Source: Tubiluchus corallicola (Eukaryota; Animalia; Priapulida). From it: a DNA stretch of 64,000 nucleotides. Position numbers and translations under genes: made by a program. The stretch covers positions 248,001 through 312,000 of the forward strand of contig JAQGDQ010000259.1 in the NCBI GenBank assembly GCA_030141605.1, given 5' to 3'. Under the pieces are notes generated by a model. That model was not told the origin of the DNA. It worked only from the letters and a program-made list of their open reading frames with translations, and ran no database searches. The first letter of the stretch is position 1. Every line of letters starts with the position of its first letter. This document shows, piece after piece, positions 26,601-39,600 of this stretch.

Positions 26601-29600
26601 TGGTATGGGGCCATTATTTCTCTGTTTTTTTTGCTTCAGTTTTTGTACCCCACAAAATTTATGTTTTAATGGCAATAATAATATTATTATTTTATAATAG
26701 GCAACTAATCCAACAATAGTAAGTGCAGCCACGTATGAGGCTTGTTTGCAGTACACTATGCAAGCCCGAATTGCACCCCAGTGGAATAATATATCTGATC
26801 TTCTTGCACAAGGTTTGCGATTATTTGTGATTTTATTGCAATAAAAACAAAACAGTAACACAACAGAAAAAGTGACTGAACGAACATGTCTAACGTACTC
26901 TAGAATTTTTTGTCTTTACATAATATTAAATCTCTGAATTAGAAATGAATGTTAAAAGTTGCATAAAATGCTTTAAGTCATACTGTTTACTTGCTTAGTT
27001 TTCAGCCTAGTAATTGTCTTCTGTAATTGCAGGTCGTGATTTCGTTTCAAAAAGAGGACATTTGAATGCTGTCAGTAAGTAATTTAATACCCTAATTATT
27101 AAGTAAGTAGGATTTAATTAAGGTAAACAAAAAAGTTATGTTGTGGTATTTCAATTTGAAGCTAGCGTATGGTGTTTAAAGCCACTACTTTTCTAGCTAG
27201 TGTGTACTATTTCAGTTAGTGTGTGCTACTTAAAGCTATTATTTTGTAACTAGTTCGTGGTGTTTACAGATACTACTTTTTGAGCTACTGTGTGCTATTT
27301 AATGCTAGTAGCTAGTGCATGATGTTTAAAGCTACTGCTTTTGCGGCTAGTAATTTTGTAGCTAGTGTATGCTGTTTAAAACTAGTACTTTGCAGGGGTG
27401 AAGTTTGTGGTGCAGGATTCTGAAGTGTATATCACAGTACATGGCTATGTTATAAGAATTCCATTTTTATCAGTAAGCGCTCTGGTTTGTTAACTTCTTT
27501 TATACTTTACTTGTACTAAGGACTAAACATACTTTTTTAAAATAGTCAGTGTTATTGTAATTGGTGCCTCTTGGAGACTGATAATATGATGAAATCAGTG
27601 CAAGAAAGGTAACTAATACAGTCAAATCTCGTGATACCGCCTACTTTGGGACTGCAAAAAAGTTGGCATTATACAAGTTTGGCATTATAAAGGGTGATGT
27701 TATAACTAGGTTAATTTGACTGTACTTATTTTGTATTTCAGTTAAATAGCATTCCTATGAGCAGATGGGGCCGTGAAAGCTTTGAGCAAGATATTGATTC
27801 GGCTACGGTAGAATACAGTTTCAAAAGTAAATGGATTCATGTATTGCCAAGGTAAAATAAGTTGGATTGTAACACAGGTTTTGGTTTACGGGAAGCAAGA
27901 ATCTTCCCGTAGCAACATTAGAATTTATTTGTCGTTCATTTTGTAATTCTTACTTGATCACTCTTAGAAATCTCAATGAGAGCAAGTTCAGATTTCAAGC
28001 TTTTTATTACAGTATGAAAAAGGGACAGGTTGTTGGCGTGTGCCGTAGAATTCCAGAAAATAGTCACTTTAGCTCTTACAGGGATCTCAAACGACACTGG
28101 AAAAACACTGTACGTAACGGTGAACATGACAGTTTTATTAATTACACGTTTAATGCAAAACTCTGAATTATACTTATATGATGATGATGATAGACTGCAG
28201 CTACTGAGTATTTGTCAATGTTGCTTCTCATTTGAAATGTGTTACTGTTATCACTGTTTGTTTTATTACTTTGCTCATGAATTGTTATAATTTTTCACCT
28301 ACTGAAGTAAATTCAAATTTGCGGAGACAAATGGCTTTTAAGGAGAATTATTACTCTTTGTACTGCCTAATATGGGACTGAAAAAAAGTTGGTGTTAAGT
28401 GAGTTTGGCATTATAACGAGGTATATTAATACATACACGTCTATGCATTGTAGATATATTGTTTTGCTAATAATTTGGTTGGCATATAAAGGGGGTGTTA
28501 TAACGAGGTTTGACTGTATTTCTACTGATCACATTCTATTAATCTAAAAGGTTAATATGTTTATTTAATCACTAGAGGTCTTTGTTTTTTTTGTTTGCAG
28601 AAATATGATAGTTTCCTTATGTTGACTTTCACGAGTTTAGAAGTGTCAGCTGATCCCACCCTGAGATATGCTGCTAAGATATGAGATAAAACTTGTGTGC
28701 CATTCCCACATCCCTGTTTGCTAACTTTTCCATTTCCCTTTATGAAAACAGACTCATGGGACCAGAAAATGCTTCCTTGAAATGTGTCAAAAAAACTTTG
28801 TACAACAATATCTTATTAAGACGTGCAGAGGAATTATTTGAAAATTTCTAAATTTGGTGCAGAACTAGATAACAGATTTAGGAATTACCAGTCTTTAAAC
28901 CACCATACTGTACACAAGTGCACACATTAAGGGACATCATACTTACAACAATTAGCCTAACAATCAATTAGTTGAAGGAAGCATTGTGGCCTAGCCAGCA
29001 TATGAACCCAAAACATTGTGCTTTCAAGGCACATGCTCTGCCAGTTGAGTCGTTTACTATTTTCACTTGTTAACAGTATGTTACGATTTATTAACTTAGA
29101 TAAATGACTGACTTTAAATCTCGTTTAATCATCTGTTTTCTAGTATGGTTACAGATTACCTGAAGAAGAGGGATCAATTTACTATGAGGTTTATTTCAAA
29201 ATGATAGAAGGGCAACTATTCACATACCCAGATTATTGTGTGCGATCCGGAGATATACAGTATGTGCCTAGATGTGATCCAGCCCCCATAATTCAAATAT
29301 TCTTACTAGATTTGCAGACAAAGTTGCCCAATGTTTGTGGACAGTCAATGTGTTATACAAGAACGCCTCAGTTCACTTCGTCACTGCTTTACGAAGCAAG
29401 CAAGGTAGCATAGTACAATTATAAGTCGTGTAAAAGCAGATTTGTTGTCACAGTTTTCTATTTCGTTCAGTTTGCTTTGCCAAGCATGGTATATACTGGT
29501 ATTTTTCTCTTACCGAGATTTGCTGAAGTATCACTTTAATCTTTGTGGTGTTTGACTACTCTCACTATAGTCTCCTTTCAAGTGTACGCTTTTTGAAAAA

Positions 29601-32460
29601 GTACACATATTAAATTGTTTTCCAGCTACCAGCAGAGCCAAACGTAACAGCTTTACAGAAAAATGCTGTCATGGTGCCATACAGACATTACTTGAATACA
29701 ACAAATGAAAAACAACATCACGTGATGTCAACTCAATTTTTGAATACAGCATTGAATCATCAGCAGCCCTTGTCAGTAAACTCTAATGTACCCATGCAGA
29801 GTCCTAAGTCAAAGCGATTTCTATTCCTGTCTCACTGTGCAGGAAATACAGCTGCAAATTCTCAGAAGAATCTTAGTCCTACTATTATACCTCCAACTCA
29901 AACAACCAGTGCTCCAAAATTCAAACCAACATTTTTTGCTAAGAAAAGAAGTTGCTCTTCCGTCACAGTGACAGAACCAAATATGGATAAAGCGACAGCA
30001 AAACATGTGCCTGTTTTCCATCAAATGCTGAAAACCACAGGAATTCCGCAGTCAAAAAATGCTGTTAGAGCGAAAAATAGCAGCCAAAAGTCACTACACA
30101 ATGGTGTACATGCTCATGTGCAGCTTCCTGCTTCGAGTTTCTTAGCATTAAATAACGTTACAGGACCACAAACCAAAACAACCCCAATGTTTGTGAAGAA
30201 AGGTGTGTCTAATTTATGCTCTGAAAATCTAGCTGCAGCACAGAAAAAAATTATCATGCCTCAGAAAGAAATAACTGCATGTTGTGAAACAGGAAAGGTG
30301 AGTTTTCATTTAAATTCATAAATATATGTAGAGGAATTGTACGTGCTTATAATTTGTTTCGGAGTAAAAAAATCAAATAATCAAACTTTCATTCTCTTTC
30401 AACCAGAAAACCAGTTCTAGCTTATATAAAAGGATACACATACGATGAATTGAAATTTTATTGATTATATAAATACATACACTTCCAAGAACGTTTCGCT
30501 ATCGATGAACAGACGCCATTAACTTTGTGGTAAAAAGAAATCTGACTATAATAATTTTTTGGCTGTGTATGTATGCTTTTGAGTGAGAAAAACGTTTTAC
30601 AATATATTGACACTGTTTGCTTATATAAAAAATGCAGAGAAATGATGAACCCAAAGCCAAGAAGCCAAGAATGAAACCAAAAGTTCGAAATGATGTTAAT
30701 ATGGAACAGCTAGCAAAAGAAGGTCAAGTAAGTATGACTTGCTAAGTAAATAAACATTTTTTTTGTAGAAATTCATATAAAAGAGAAAAAACCCATTTTT
30801 TACCTATAAGGGAAAATGAACAACTGAGTGGTCATGTGTAGTGTGTATGGCAGCGTCATGTTAAAACAGCTCCGTGTCTGATTAGTAAATGGATGAGGAA
30901 CTGATGGGCATTCAAATTCACTATAGGCATTCGAATGTTGCTAAAATCTCTCTGCTAGATCATTCACGGGAATGAGTATAATATTCCATTTTGCAGAACC
31001 TATGTTGCTAGACACTTTGTAAAATTTACTGCTCCAAATCTATGGAATAAAATATCAATTTACTGTATATCACAACACATCGAAAATTATATGGCTTTAA
31101 AAGATATGTGAAATCTCTTCTATTCAAATCCTTCTTATAATGCATTCTCTGGGTTTTTCTGTGAAGTGCGATAGTCACAGCACATCCCGCGACTGGTTAC
31201 TTTACAGTTCATATTTTCATACATTTGCATCATGTCTCTGCTGAACTCCTTTCTATTTCATTTCTCTTTTCTATCATAGTCTGTTACTTTATCTTTACTA
31301 TTCTCTGTTTTTCTATAATTCCTTCTCTTGTTAGCTAAGCAGCTATTTTCGACTTTTCATGGTGGTTTCACAAGCTTTGCTTCTTGACCACCATGCAGCA
31401 TATATTTCCTGTTGATAAACTATTATGTAGTTTAGTACTATATTAATGTAATTCTTTTACATTTATTGTATTTGGATATTTTCCCTAACACATAATAGCA
31501 TATCAATATAATTTTGTTACAATTATCGTAACTATATAATTGATTGGATTTATAATAGTTATGTGATAATGTAAATTGTAATTATGCTGAAGTGGATGAT
31601 AAATTACAAATTACAAATCCAAATTACAATTATTGTAACTATAATTGATTTGATTTATAATAGTTATAATGTGATAATGTAAATTGTTAATTATGCTGGT
31701 GTGGATGATAAAGTATCAGAGAAAATTAAGTGATAATGAGAAAAGTTCTGGTTGTGCCAAATATTCACATTAAACATTGTCCTGCTGTTGTGCTGGCTGA
31801 CGAAAAAACAGTTGCACATCAACTGCGCATTTAAGATTGCTGAAAGATTTTTACTTTCCAGTTTCAGAAATCAGCAAGTGGTTTAAGCATGTAGGGGGCA
31901 ATAAATTTGCAAGCTATATATTATATTGAACAAAAAATATTCTATGTTCCATATTTGTCAGCTGTAGTATTAACTAGGACAGTAGTACCGCAGTTAAGTG
32001 TTACTACTAACTGTAGATGCAATTTCTAAATGGCAAAATGTTTTTCACTAGTGACATTTAAAATTAGTCATTTCAGAAAATCAGTAAGATTAAGTCAAAC
32101 ATCTCCTTCCCCCTGCAAAGGCACAAATGGGATTTGCAAAAAAATGTAAATGTTTTCCATAATAAATATTTATTTTTATAAATTGTTGAATTTGATTACA
32201 TTTCTGTGGTTGTCCCAACAGTATACGGGAATTTTCGAAGTGGCGGGTTCTATAAGACTTATTCTATAGTGTTAAGCAAATTGTTCTTTGGTTTTACAAA
32301 TTTTCTCAATTTTTAGCTGAGCAAATTGAATGCTGCTACGTTGATGTCATGGTTACAACAGAAAGGAATTACATGTAAAGCAAAAGCTAAGAAACATGAA
32401 CTGGTGGAAAAAGTACAGAGGTGCATCTCAGCTGCATCAATCAGGGCTATTGAATTATAA
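23632..32460 (+). CDS. C18orf63: C18orf63 homologue (DUF4708 family) with C-terminal SAP/HeH-like domain, about 639 aa, 12 exons
   Basis: Exons in frame at GT-AG: 23632-23810, 24241-24319, 25464-25520, 26701-26812, 27033-27074, 27396-27472, 27742-27851, 28013-28109, 29144-29404, 29626-30297, 30638-30727, 32317-32460. Motifs CLQYTMQARIAPQWN, QGRDF, WIHVLPSMKKGQV, SYRDLKRHWKNTYGYRLP, VYFKMIEGQLFTYP, FLLDLQTKLPNVCG correspond to recalled human C18orf63 (RLAPAWN, QGRDF, WCYVLPSMKMGQI, RHWDALYGYKLP, IYFKMLGERTFTYP). Confidence 0.9.
26373..26580 (+). mobile_element. tRNA-derived SINE relic
   Basis: GGCATGG..TGGCCGAGTG (A box)...GGTTCAAACC (B box)..CCATGCCA acceptor-like pairing, no intact anticodon arm, followed by a non-tRNA body. 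Confidence 0.6.
27160..27390. repeat. Degenerate minisatellite (GCTAGTGTGTG.TGTTTAAAGCTACTACTTTT-like units)
   Basis: Several imperfect units fill C18orf63 intron 5 up to the acceptor. Confidence 0.7.
27619..27722. mobile_element. MITE family A copy 3 (short)
   Basis: TA|CAGTCAAATCTC...TTTGACTG|TA; shares GGGACTGCAAAAAAGTTGGCATTATA core. Confidence 0.75.
28352..28516. mobile_element. MITE family A copy 4 (left end degraded)
   Basis: GGGACTGAAAAAAAGTTGG...GTTTGGCATTATAACGAGG...TATAACGAGGTTTGACTG|TA. Confidence 0.7.
28987..29050 (-). mobile_element. Degenerate tRNA-like SINE head
   Basis: Reverse complement GACTCAACTGGCAGAGCATGTGCCTTGAAAGCACAATGTTTTGGGTTCATATGCTGGCTAGGCCA has A-box- and B-box-like segments and a stem TGTGC/GCACA, but a damaged T loop. 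Confidence 0.45.
30990..31140 (+). mobile_element. LINE ORF2 3' relic
   Basis: Reads RHFVKFTAPNLWNKIS...FKRYVKSLL, a LINE C-terminal signature. Confidence 0.45.
31505..31710. repeat. Imperfect tandem duplication (about 110 bp x2)
   Basis: GTAACTAT..AATTGATT.GATTTATAATAGTTAT..GTGATAATGTAAATTGT.AATTATGCTG..GTGGATGATAAA occurs twice. Confidence 0.8.
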
Positions 32461-33613
32461 ATGGCATATGACAAAAACATATAAACATAAGTTAATTTTA
32501 ACTTATTTAAAGTATTATATTAAATTATTAATTTTTTGTTACCATCCTTATACTTTCATTGCAGTGTGGTATGAATAAAAGCAAGCTTATTTTTATAATT
32601 GTAAAAGAATATGAAAAACCAATTTGTTGTAATTAGACACATTGCAATATAAATTAATAAAATGTAAGATTATGGCTGATAACACCGCTTTTCATAAACT
32701 CGTTGGAAGTCGTTTATGAAGGATATGTTCTGTATGTTACATCTTATGCATTTCTTATTTACAAATAGTGAAATTAATGCCGGTGTTCCTCAAGGTTCTG
32801 TAATAGCACCTACCTTGATTCTGCTGTTTATCAACTGCTTGCCGGACTATATACGTGCTTGTCATCTTTAATGTACAAGGGAAACTTATACAATTCTCTA
32901 GCCGTGATAATGCCATACTGCGTACACGGGTGTCTTTCATGTGAAAATATACTCACAGAATTTTGAGAAAACGTACTGCATCAGTTTTTGTACTATAGGG
33001 TTTGGTAACAGTAAGCTGTTATAAACATTTTAACAGTGAGCTGGACGGAAATTTTTGAACTGTAGCGAGAGTTTTGTAAAAACCAAACTGTATTATTGCA
33101 AATTAACTGTTCTAATTGGTTTGTCATTCGTTGCTCTCAGTGTGTTTTATTATTATTATTTAGTCATTATTAAGAATAGCTATTATTTTAGTACATATCT
33201 ACAACTCAAAGTGATCACACAAACATTTTCTAAGACAAAGCAATGATATTAATCAGGAAGTTGTTTTTGCAATTATTTTTTTATTTTATTCTTACTTAGA
33301 TAAATATAAAATTTATTGAACTAAAGTCACCATCTGATCTAGTTGCAAACTTTATCACAATTATACCGATAATTCAATAACAATAAAACAAAACTTGCTT
33401 CACACAGTAATGATCAATCATTAATCAAAATTGTCATAATGCCTTCAACTATTACATCATCATAGGAAAAAAGTGCACGTTCAGTACACATTCGTAATTA
33501 CTTGACTCTCTATGATGACAATAGTAATTCTATGTCTCATATGTTTGATTATTGCAGATATTGATGTATAAAATACATTTTTTGCAGAATAAATTGAATT
33601 GAATTGTATTATA

Positions 33614-36600
33614 TCAATATCTATAAAGTAAACTCATTGCCTCTGCTGCTTTAATTTTCACGTCAGCTTCCGGATCTTTTAACATCAGAATTAAGGCTGA
33701 AAAACAATGGTGCATTAATAATTGGTAACTGCTATAATCAAGCGGGCACCTTTCTTTTAGTTTTACGTAAATTGCATTATAAATGATTCACTTTTTGTTA
33801 ACAGTTGCACGAAACAATAAAAACTAAAAGCATTTTCCAAAAAAAAGTTTATTTTAACAAAGTTTAATCTATGCAAAGACTGTTCATTTCTTATCGTTTT
33901 CACTGCAGCAATGTTGGCTTCAATCAAACATGTGCACTTGAAATAGAAAGAAAAAATAAAAAGCATTGTGTGTAGATAGACTTACCACCACAGACGTGTT
34001 CTTTGGATATGGATTGCTGCCGTTCCTGTGGCAAATTGCCTAATAAAAATCCTGCAAACAGCAAGACAAAACGTTAATTAAATTTGAGATCGAGAGCAAT
34101 AAAACACATTTTTATTTGGACTTTGTTTTATCAAATACTAACTGACATGGCTGCACATTAGCAACAAATGTAAGTCCGAGATAAAAACATATTTTACAAC
34201 TAGCAAGATTAAAAGGTTATTCATTTTAAAACTTATCGAGATGCGGCAATTACACAGAACATATGATTCCTCAATTTCTATGGCATCAGATACTAGACTC
34301 AGATAACATGATCCTCAGTTAACTGTTGCTTGCTGTTACACCTTACTCAGCATAATTATTGGTATATTTTCTGAGTTGCACTGTTTTTACAGCTAAAGTC
34401 AAAAATCAATGAGAATTTTCTCTTCTAGAAATAATACTGAGAAAGACAATGTGAGAATGGAAAAGCTATAAAATAATGCTTCCTAGCAAGGAGTTGGTTT
34501 TCTATCAAACTCAACGAAATTTTCCGTTCAGTTACAATTACAAAAATGTTTTCTGATTTTAGTTCTATTTTGAAATGTTGCGTTACCCACAACAGTACAT
34601 ACCTGTAAACATGGCAGCATTGGCTCGTATTTCTGACCAAGAGCTTTTGAAAAAGGCTAAATTTCCTATGACATAGAAATTTAACTTTTCCGGAAAATCA
34701 CAGATCTATATAATGTAGTAAAATGAGGTTTTCATCAACAACATAGTAGAAGTAAACTGTAACAAGTAATAATTAAAACAGCAGTGACTATGTAAAAATT
34801 AGCCTATTATTTCTATTGTCATCAGCTTAAAACAGTTATACAGTGTAGTGATTACTTTAAATAATTTAGAAATGGTGTAGCAATAATCAACTGGCTTACA
34901 TGAAACTAAAAGCGTTAATTATACAATTTAAAATCTTTTAAGACAGGTATGGTAAAAATGAGATAAAATGAAAACTGAGCCTGGATTTGAACTAGAGAGC
35001 TTTAAGTAACGAGTTCAATATCTTCAATTTCCTTATAATTTTTAATTCGTCATAAGTATCTTGTGCTCTAGTTCCGAAAGAAATTTAATGTTGTTAATGT
35101 TTAATTAATGAAAACAGTGAGTAACTTTTAATTTACCAAAACTTTAGACAAGTCGTTCATGAATTCTCCATAATGCAAGTTTGCGTCATCGAGTAAATGC
35201 TTCTGGAACATCTCATTCAACTGTTCAGAACCGACAAGTGGACCAAGCAATTTCAATGCATACTTGCATGCCTGTTTAATAAAAAAAGTGTATTAATACT
35301 TGGTTGCAAAGTAAAAATCAAATAAAAATGGTTGTTACAATTTATTTATTTAATCAGTTAAAATTATTACACATTACACATAAATTTGCACAGACTTATA
35401 AAAATACATTCTACATATAAAACTATAAGATTACAATAAAAGCACTCAAGAAAAGGAGAGGATGGAGTAAAAACTTATACTCTTTCTCCTTTTACTTGTC
35501 ATTATTTTATCTGCAAAACTCATTTTTGACATTACTATCTACAGTTATAGATTATACTTTGCATCACACACAATTACATTGTCACCCAAATAAAGGCAAA
35601 ATTTGATAAACACTGATTTACATTTACTTTCTCTCAGGAAGGCGTCCAGTATTCAATAATAATTAATTGCAACAGTGTTTAATAATTAACAATAATGAAC
35701 ACTGTTCCACCAACTAGAGTAAAATAAGAATTTGCTTAATTAACCAAGCATTTAATTTCCAAGTGAAAAAAAGTGAAACAACCACCATTCAGGTGAATAT
35801 CAGATGCAGCATCGTGCTCAACCATCACTCACAAACTTCTGTAAATTCACTAACAAGACAACAACTAAGGCCACAGCTTCCACTGACAAATGCAAACAAT
35901 ACAACTAATATTGAAAACCTTAACCACGTCTTCTTCATTGTCATTCAAGTGTAGCAAAAGACTGACTATATTAGCATGAATCTGCTCTAGAAATGGTTCT
36001 CTGGACGGCCCGTCTGCAAACCGAGACAGATTTCCAAATAATCGGAATGCCTCCACTCTCACTTCAGGCCTCTCCTGTAAATGATAAAAATGGCAGTTTG
36101 GTGCAGAAATGAATCTTAATCACAAGAGTCTGAATGATAATGAACAAATTATAACTATAAAGAAATGACAAGATACAATGTTTCAGTCCATCAATGTGAT
36201 CCATATCAAGTGAAAGAAAAAATTCACAAAAAATCAATAAAATTTATTTTTTATTTTATAACAACCACTCATCAGTAACAAACCACAACATACAACACAG
36301 AAAAGATTGCTATATTAACAACATGAATTTGACAATCCCCCAGCAGCAGTTTCCTTTCCGACTTTTTTCTGTTTAGCACACCATAAACAGATTATCACGA
36401 AGAATAAACTTTAGTTTTAAGTTTATAAAGCAACCAGTTACTACTCATTCTGCTTCTGGTTATTGTGATTAATACCATTTTGAGCTTTCTGTTTGTTTCG
36501 GTGCTGGGAATTCTGTGTTATTGTGATTTTTATAAAATCTAAACAAATTATGTTTTAGTGATCTTTTGGGTATTTTTATTTTTTCCTCTTTTGCTGAAAA

Positions 36601-39600
36601 TAGTTCGAAATTGCAAACACAAATATAATGTTTTTTTCATTGTGAGATTTTCATATTATTAAAAATTGCTTTTAAACGATGTATGGCAATCTTAAATGCA
36701 TGTTTATTAACTGCAATTAAAACTTCCATTGTTCAGTAAATATACTAATTGATGTTAGACAATTATTTTACATTATTACTTCCAGAACCACAAATGATTA
36801 TTAAGTACCTGCAATGTGCCAAATATTAAATGTTCAGTTCCTGTATCCTCTTACCTTCTCGAAACAAGGACGTATACGTAATGCAATATTGATAAGAATG
36901 CTGCGCACATTACACTCGTCAATCCCAGAAAGCACTTTTGACAACCCAGACATAGCTGCTAGAGTTACATCATCTTCAGTATCTTCCCTATCATCCATAC
37001 CAGCCATCATGGCAGACAAAACTGTTGTAGAGTACTTATCAGTCTACAGAGGAAGCAATTACACGACTATTATTTTCTGACAACTTATGGTATGCTGAGG
37101 TGAAAAAGATGTTGTTCATAAGGTGGTAATGGTCATAAGGTAAGCGAAATGGTTTTAAGGCAATGTTTTTAGGAATAGAGAATTGGTCAGGAAAATCCCT
37201 GTAAAACATTTTTTGTATAACTATGATTAAAATCAATAATGCACAAACTTTCCACACAGTGTTCATTAGCCTCCATGATAGCAAATAATAAGTGCATAAT
37301 AGTAAGACTATGAGCGAGGTAATAAGCACGTAAGGGGTATAAGATAACCAAAGAATTGGCAATGCTAATGTGTGTTATAGTTCCCCAGTGATAAATCGTC
37401 AAATTTTAACTTGAAACTACACAACTGGTATTTGTTCTTTGGGTCAGGTCTGCTTATACAAAAAACTATCTAAGCTTACAAGACTTACATATAATTTTCC
37501 ATAAGAAAATACATCATTGAACCACCAAAAATAGCATGTGGTCAGTGCCAAAATGACCCAATGCAGTTACTGTTACGAGTGTGTTTAACTGTTAGTCTAT
37601 TTACCTGACCACTGCCAGCAGCAGCAATGTTCCCAAGACCACGAATACAGTACATCCGTACAACTTGAGATGGATCCACAAGCCTCGACATCAAACTGTT
37701 CATAAGCACTTCAATAAGTGCTTGATCTACTTTTCCGCAGTGAGCTAGTAACTAGGCAAAAACAAAATACGTTTCATTGCATTTAAAATACAGTTTATAT
37801 TACTCGTGTAATCAGCAATAAACATCTGCTAATGGTATAGGTTTTTCTAGAAAGCTGTTCTTATTAGTTCAAAATCACACAGAAAATCAATAGCTTGTTG
37901 TCGGCTAATAAATACTGCTCTTAACCGATAATGGCCACAAATTTTGGAGACACTGCAAATGCCAGTTTATCAAAATGCATAAAAGAAGATTTGTGTTGTG
38001 ATTTGTGATTCTGAATTTGACTATGCTTTCTTGCTAGTAGAATTTACAACGCACGATATATATTCGTCACTGAACTTCGGATTTTGACGATACTTCATTC
38101 ATAACCCATGTGTTTACATTATGTGTGTGTTTGCACTGTATTTAAGTATCTTGATGGCAAAAATTCTATAAAATTTTTTTCCTTACACGCATTGTATAGT
38201 TAATTTTATTCCTGCTGACAAAATTATGTTGAGGTAGTCATCGATTATGTCGAGGTAGTCATCGACTTATGACGTATGTGACTCTACGACTAGTTCAACA
38301 TTATGACTCGACATCAATTTAATTAATTAGTTATACAAAACCAAGTATGGCTTATATTTCCTTCTATTTTTTAAAAGTTAACTTTCAATCCTATCTGTTT
38401 CGATAACTTTATCGTAGGCATCGCACGCACACACAACGTCTTGTGTGTAGGGGTACAATGCTTTAATATATGAGTCCAACTCACCTTACGACCAATCTGT
38501 ACGCACATACTATGATCGTAAGTCGACGACTATCTGCATAATGGATAACGGATAGTTTCAAAGTGCACATCAACAAAGCTTGGCCTGCGTAAGACGGCTC
38601 ACTAAGTTGCCTTGCATGACAAAAATTAATAATGCCTGGCAATGCAAAACTCTCAGTTGTCCTGCCATGCAAAAATTAATAATGCTTGTCCCATAAATCA
38701 AACATTTTATGACATTTATTCGTGACAATATTCAACGAAAAGCTAAAGTCAACCAAAGTTTGCAATGAAAATTCAAATTTGAAACATAGATTTTCTTTCT
38801 TGTAAAAATGCATCTTTCTCTGATTGATCCTCTTATGCCAATTCTTCTTCTTTCTTTTCTTTATGTGCTTGTTTTTTAGCAAACAAATCTTGCGTCAATT
38901 GCACAGACTCTTTTTATCTGCTTCTTTTCAATACTATAAAACATTAACAACATCATGTTTTACTTCTGAACTTCGTTTTCTATGTGGGTTACTTTCACAA
39001 AAAATTTGAAGCCCAGAGTCAATACTGTATTTAAAAGCTTCATGTAAACATATAACACTAATCATTTCTGTTTAGCATGGCTGCAAAATACTTCTAGCAT
39101 TGCTGTTTTTCCAATAACATGCATGCAACTGAGGTGAACGCAGCTATAATTAATCCAGTAATATAACATGAGAGATTTCTATCAAAAGAATTTCATCTTT
39201 ATGCACAAGGAGGAAAACTAGAAATTAGTGAGTGGTCAACAATGAATCATCGTTGCCAACATCTGACTACAAAGTAAGGCAAATTATTAATAAAGTGATT
39301 TCTATTAATATGCCTTCTTCACAAAATGTGAGCGCAGTAAAACAAACCTTGTTGGCTGAAAAAATCGTCGTTAAATTAAACATGCATCACCAAGTGAATA
39401 AAAGGTGTCAAAAGATCCGCATCGTTAAAATGAATATCGTTAAACCAGAAGTCGTTAAGTGAGGACTTACTGTATATCAAATCCCACTACGTTTTTATAT
39501 AACTCACCTCACCCAAAAAGGCAATAGCAACAATTCGCTGTGTTTCATATACGCTGCCAAGTGACTGGTTAACAGTAGTGATGACTGAAGTGACAACTTC

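Noticed and set aside
27968-28012. Upstream acceptor extending C18orf63 exon 8
   Set aside because: It would insert 15 aa into the conserved VLPS-MKKGQ motif; the acceptor at 28012/28013 fits homology.
28987-29050. Functional tRNA gene on the minus strand
   Set aside because: T loop and acceptor stem are damaged; treated as a SINE relic.
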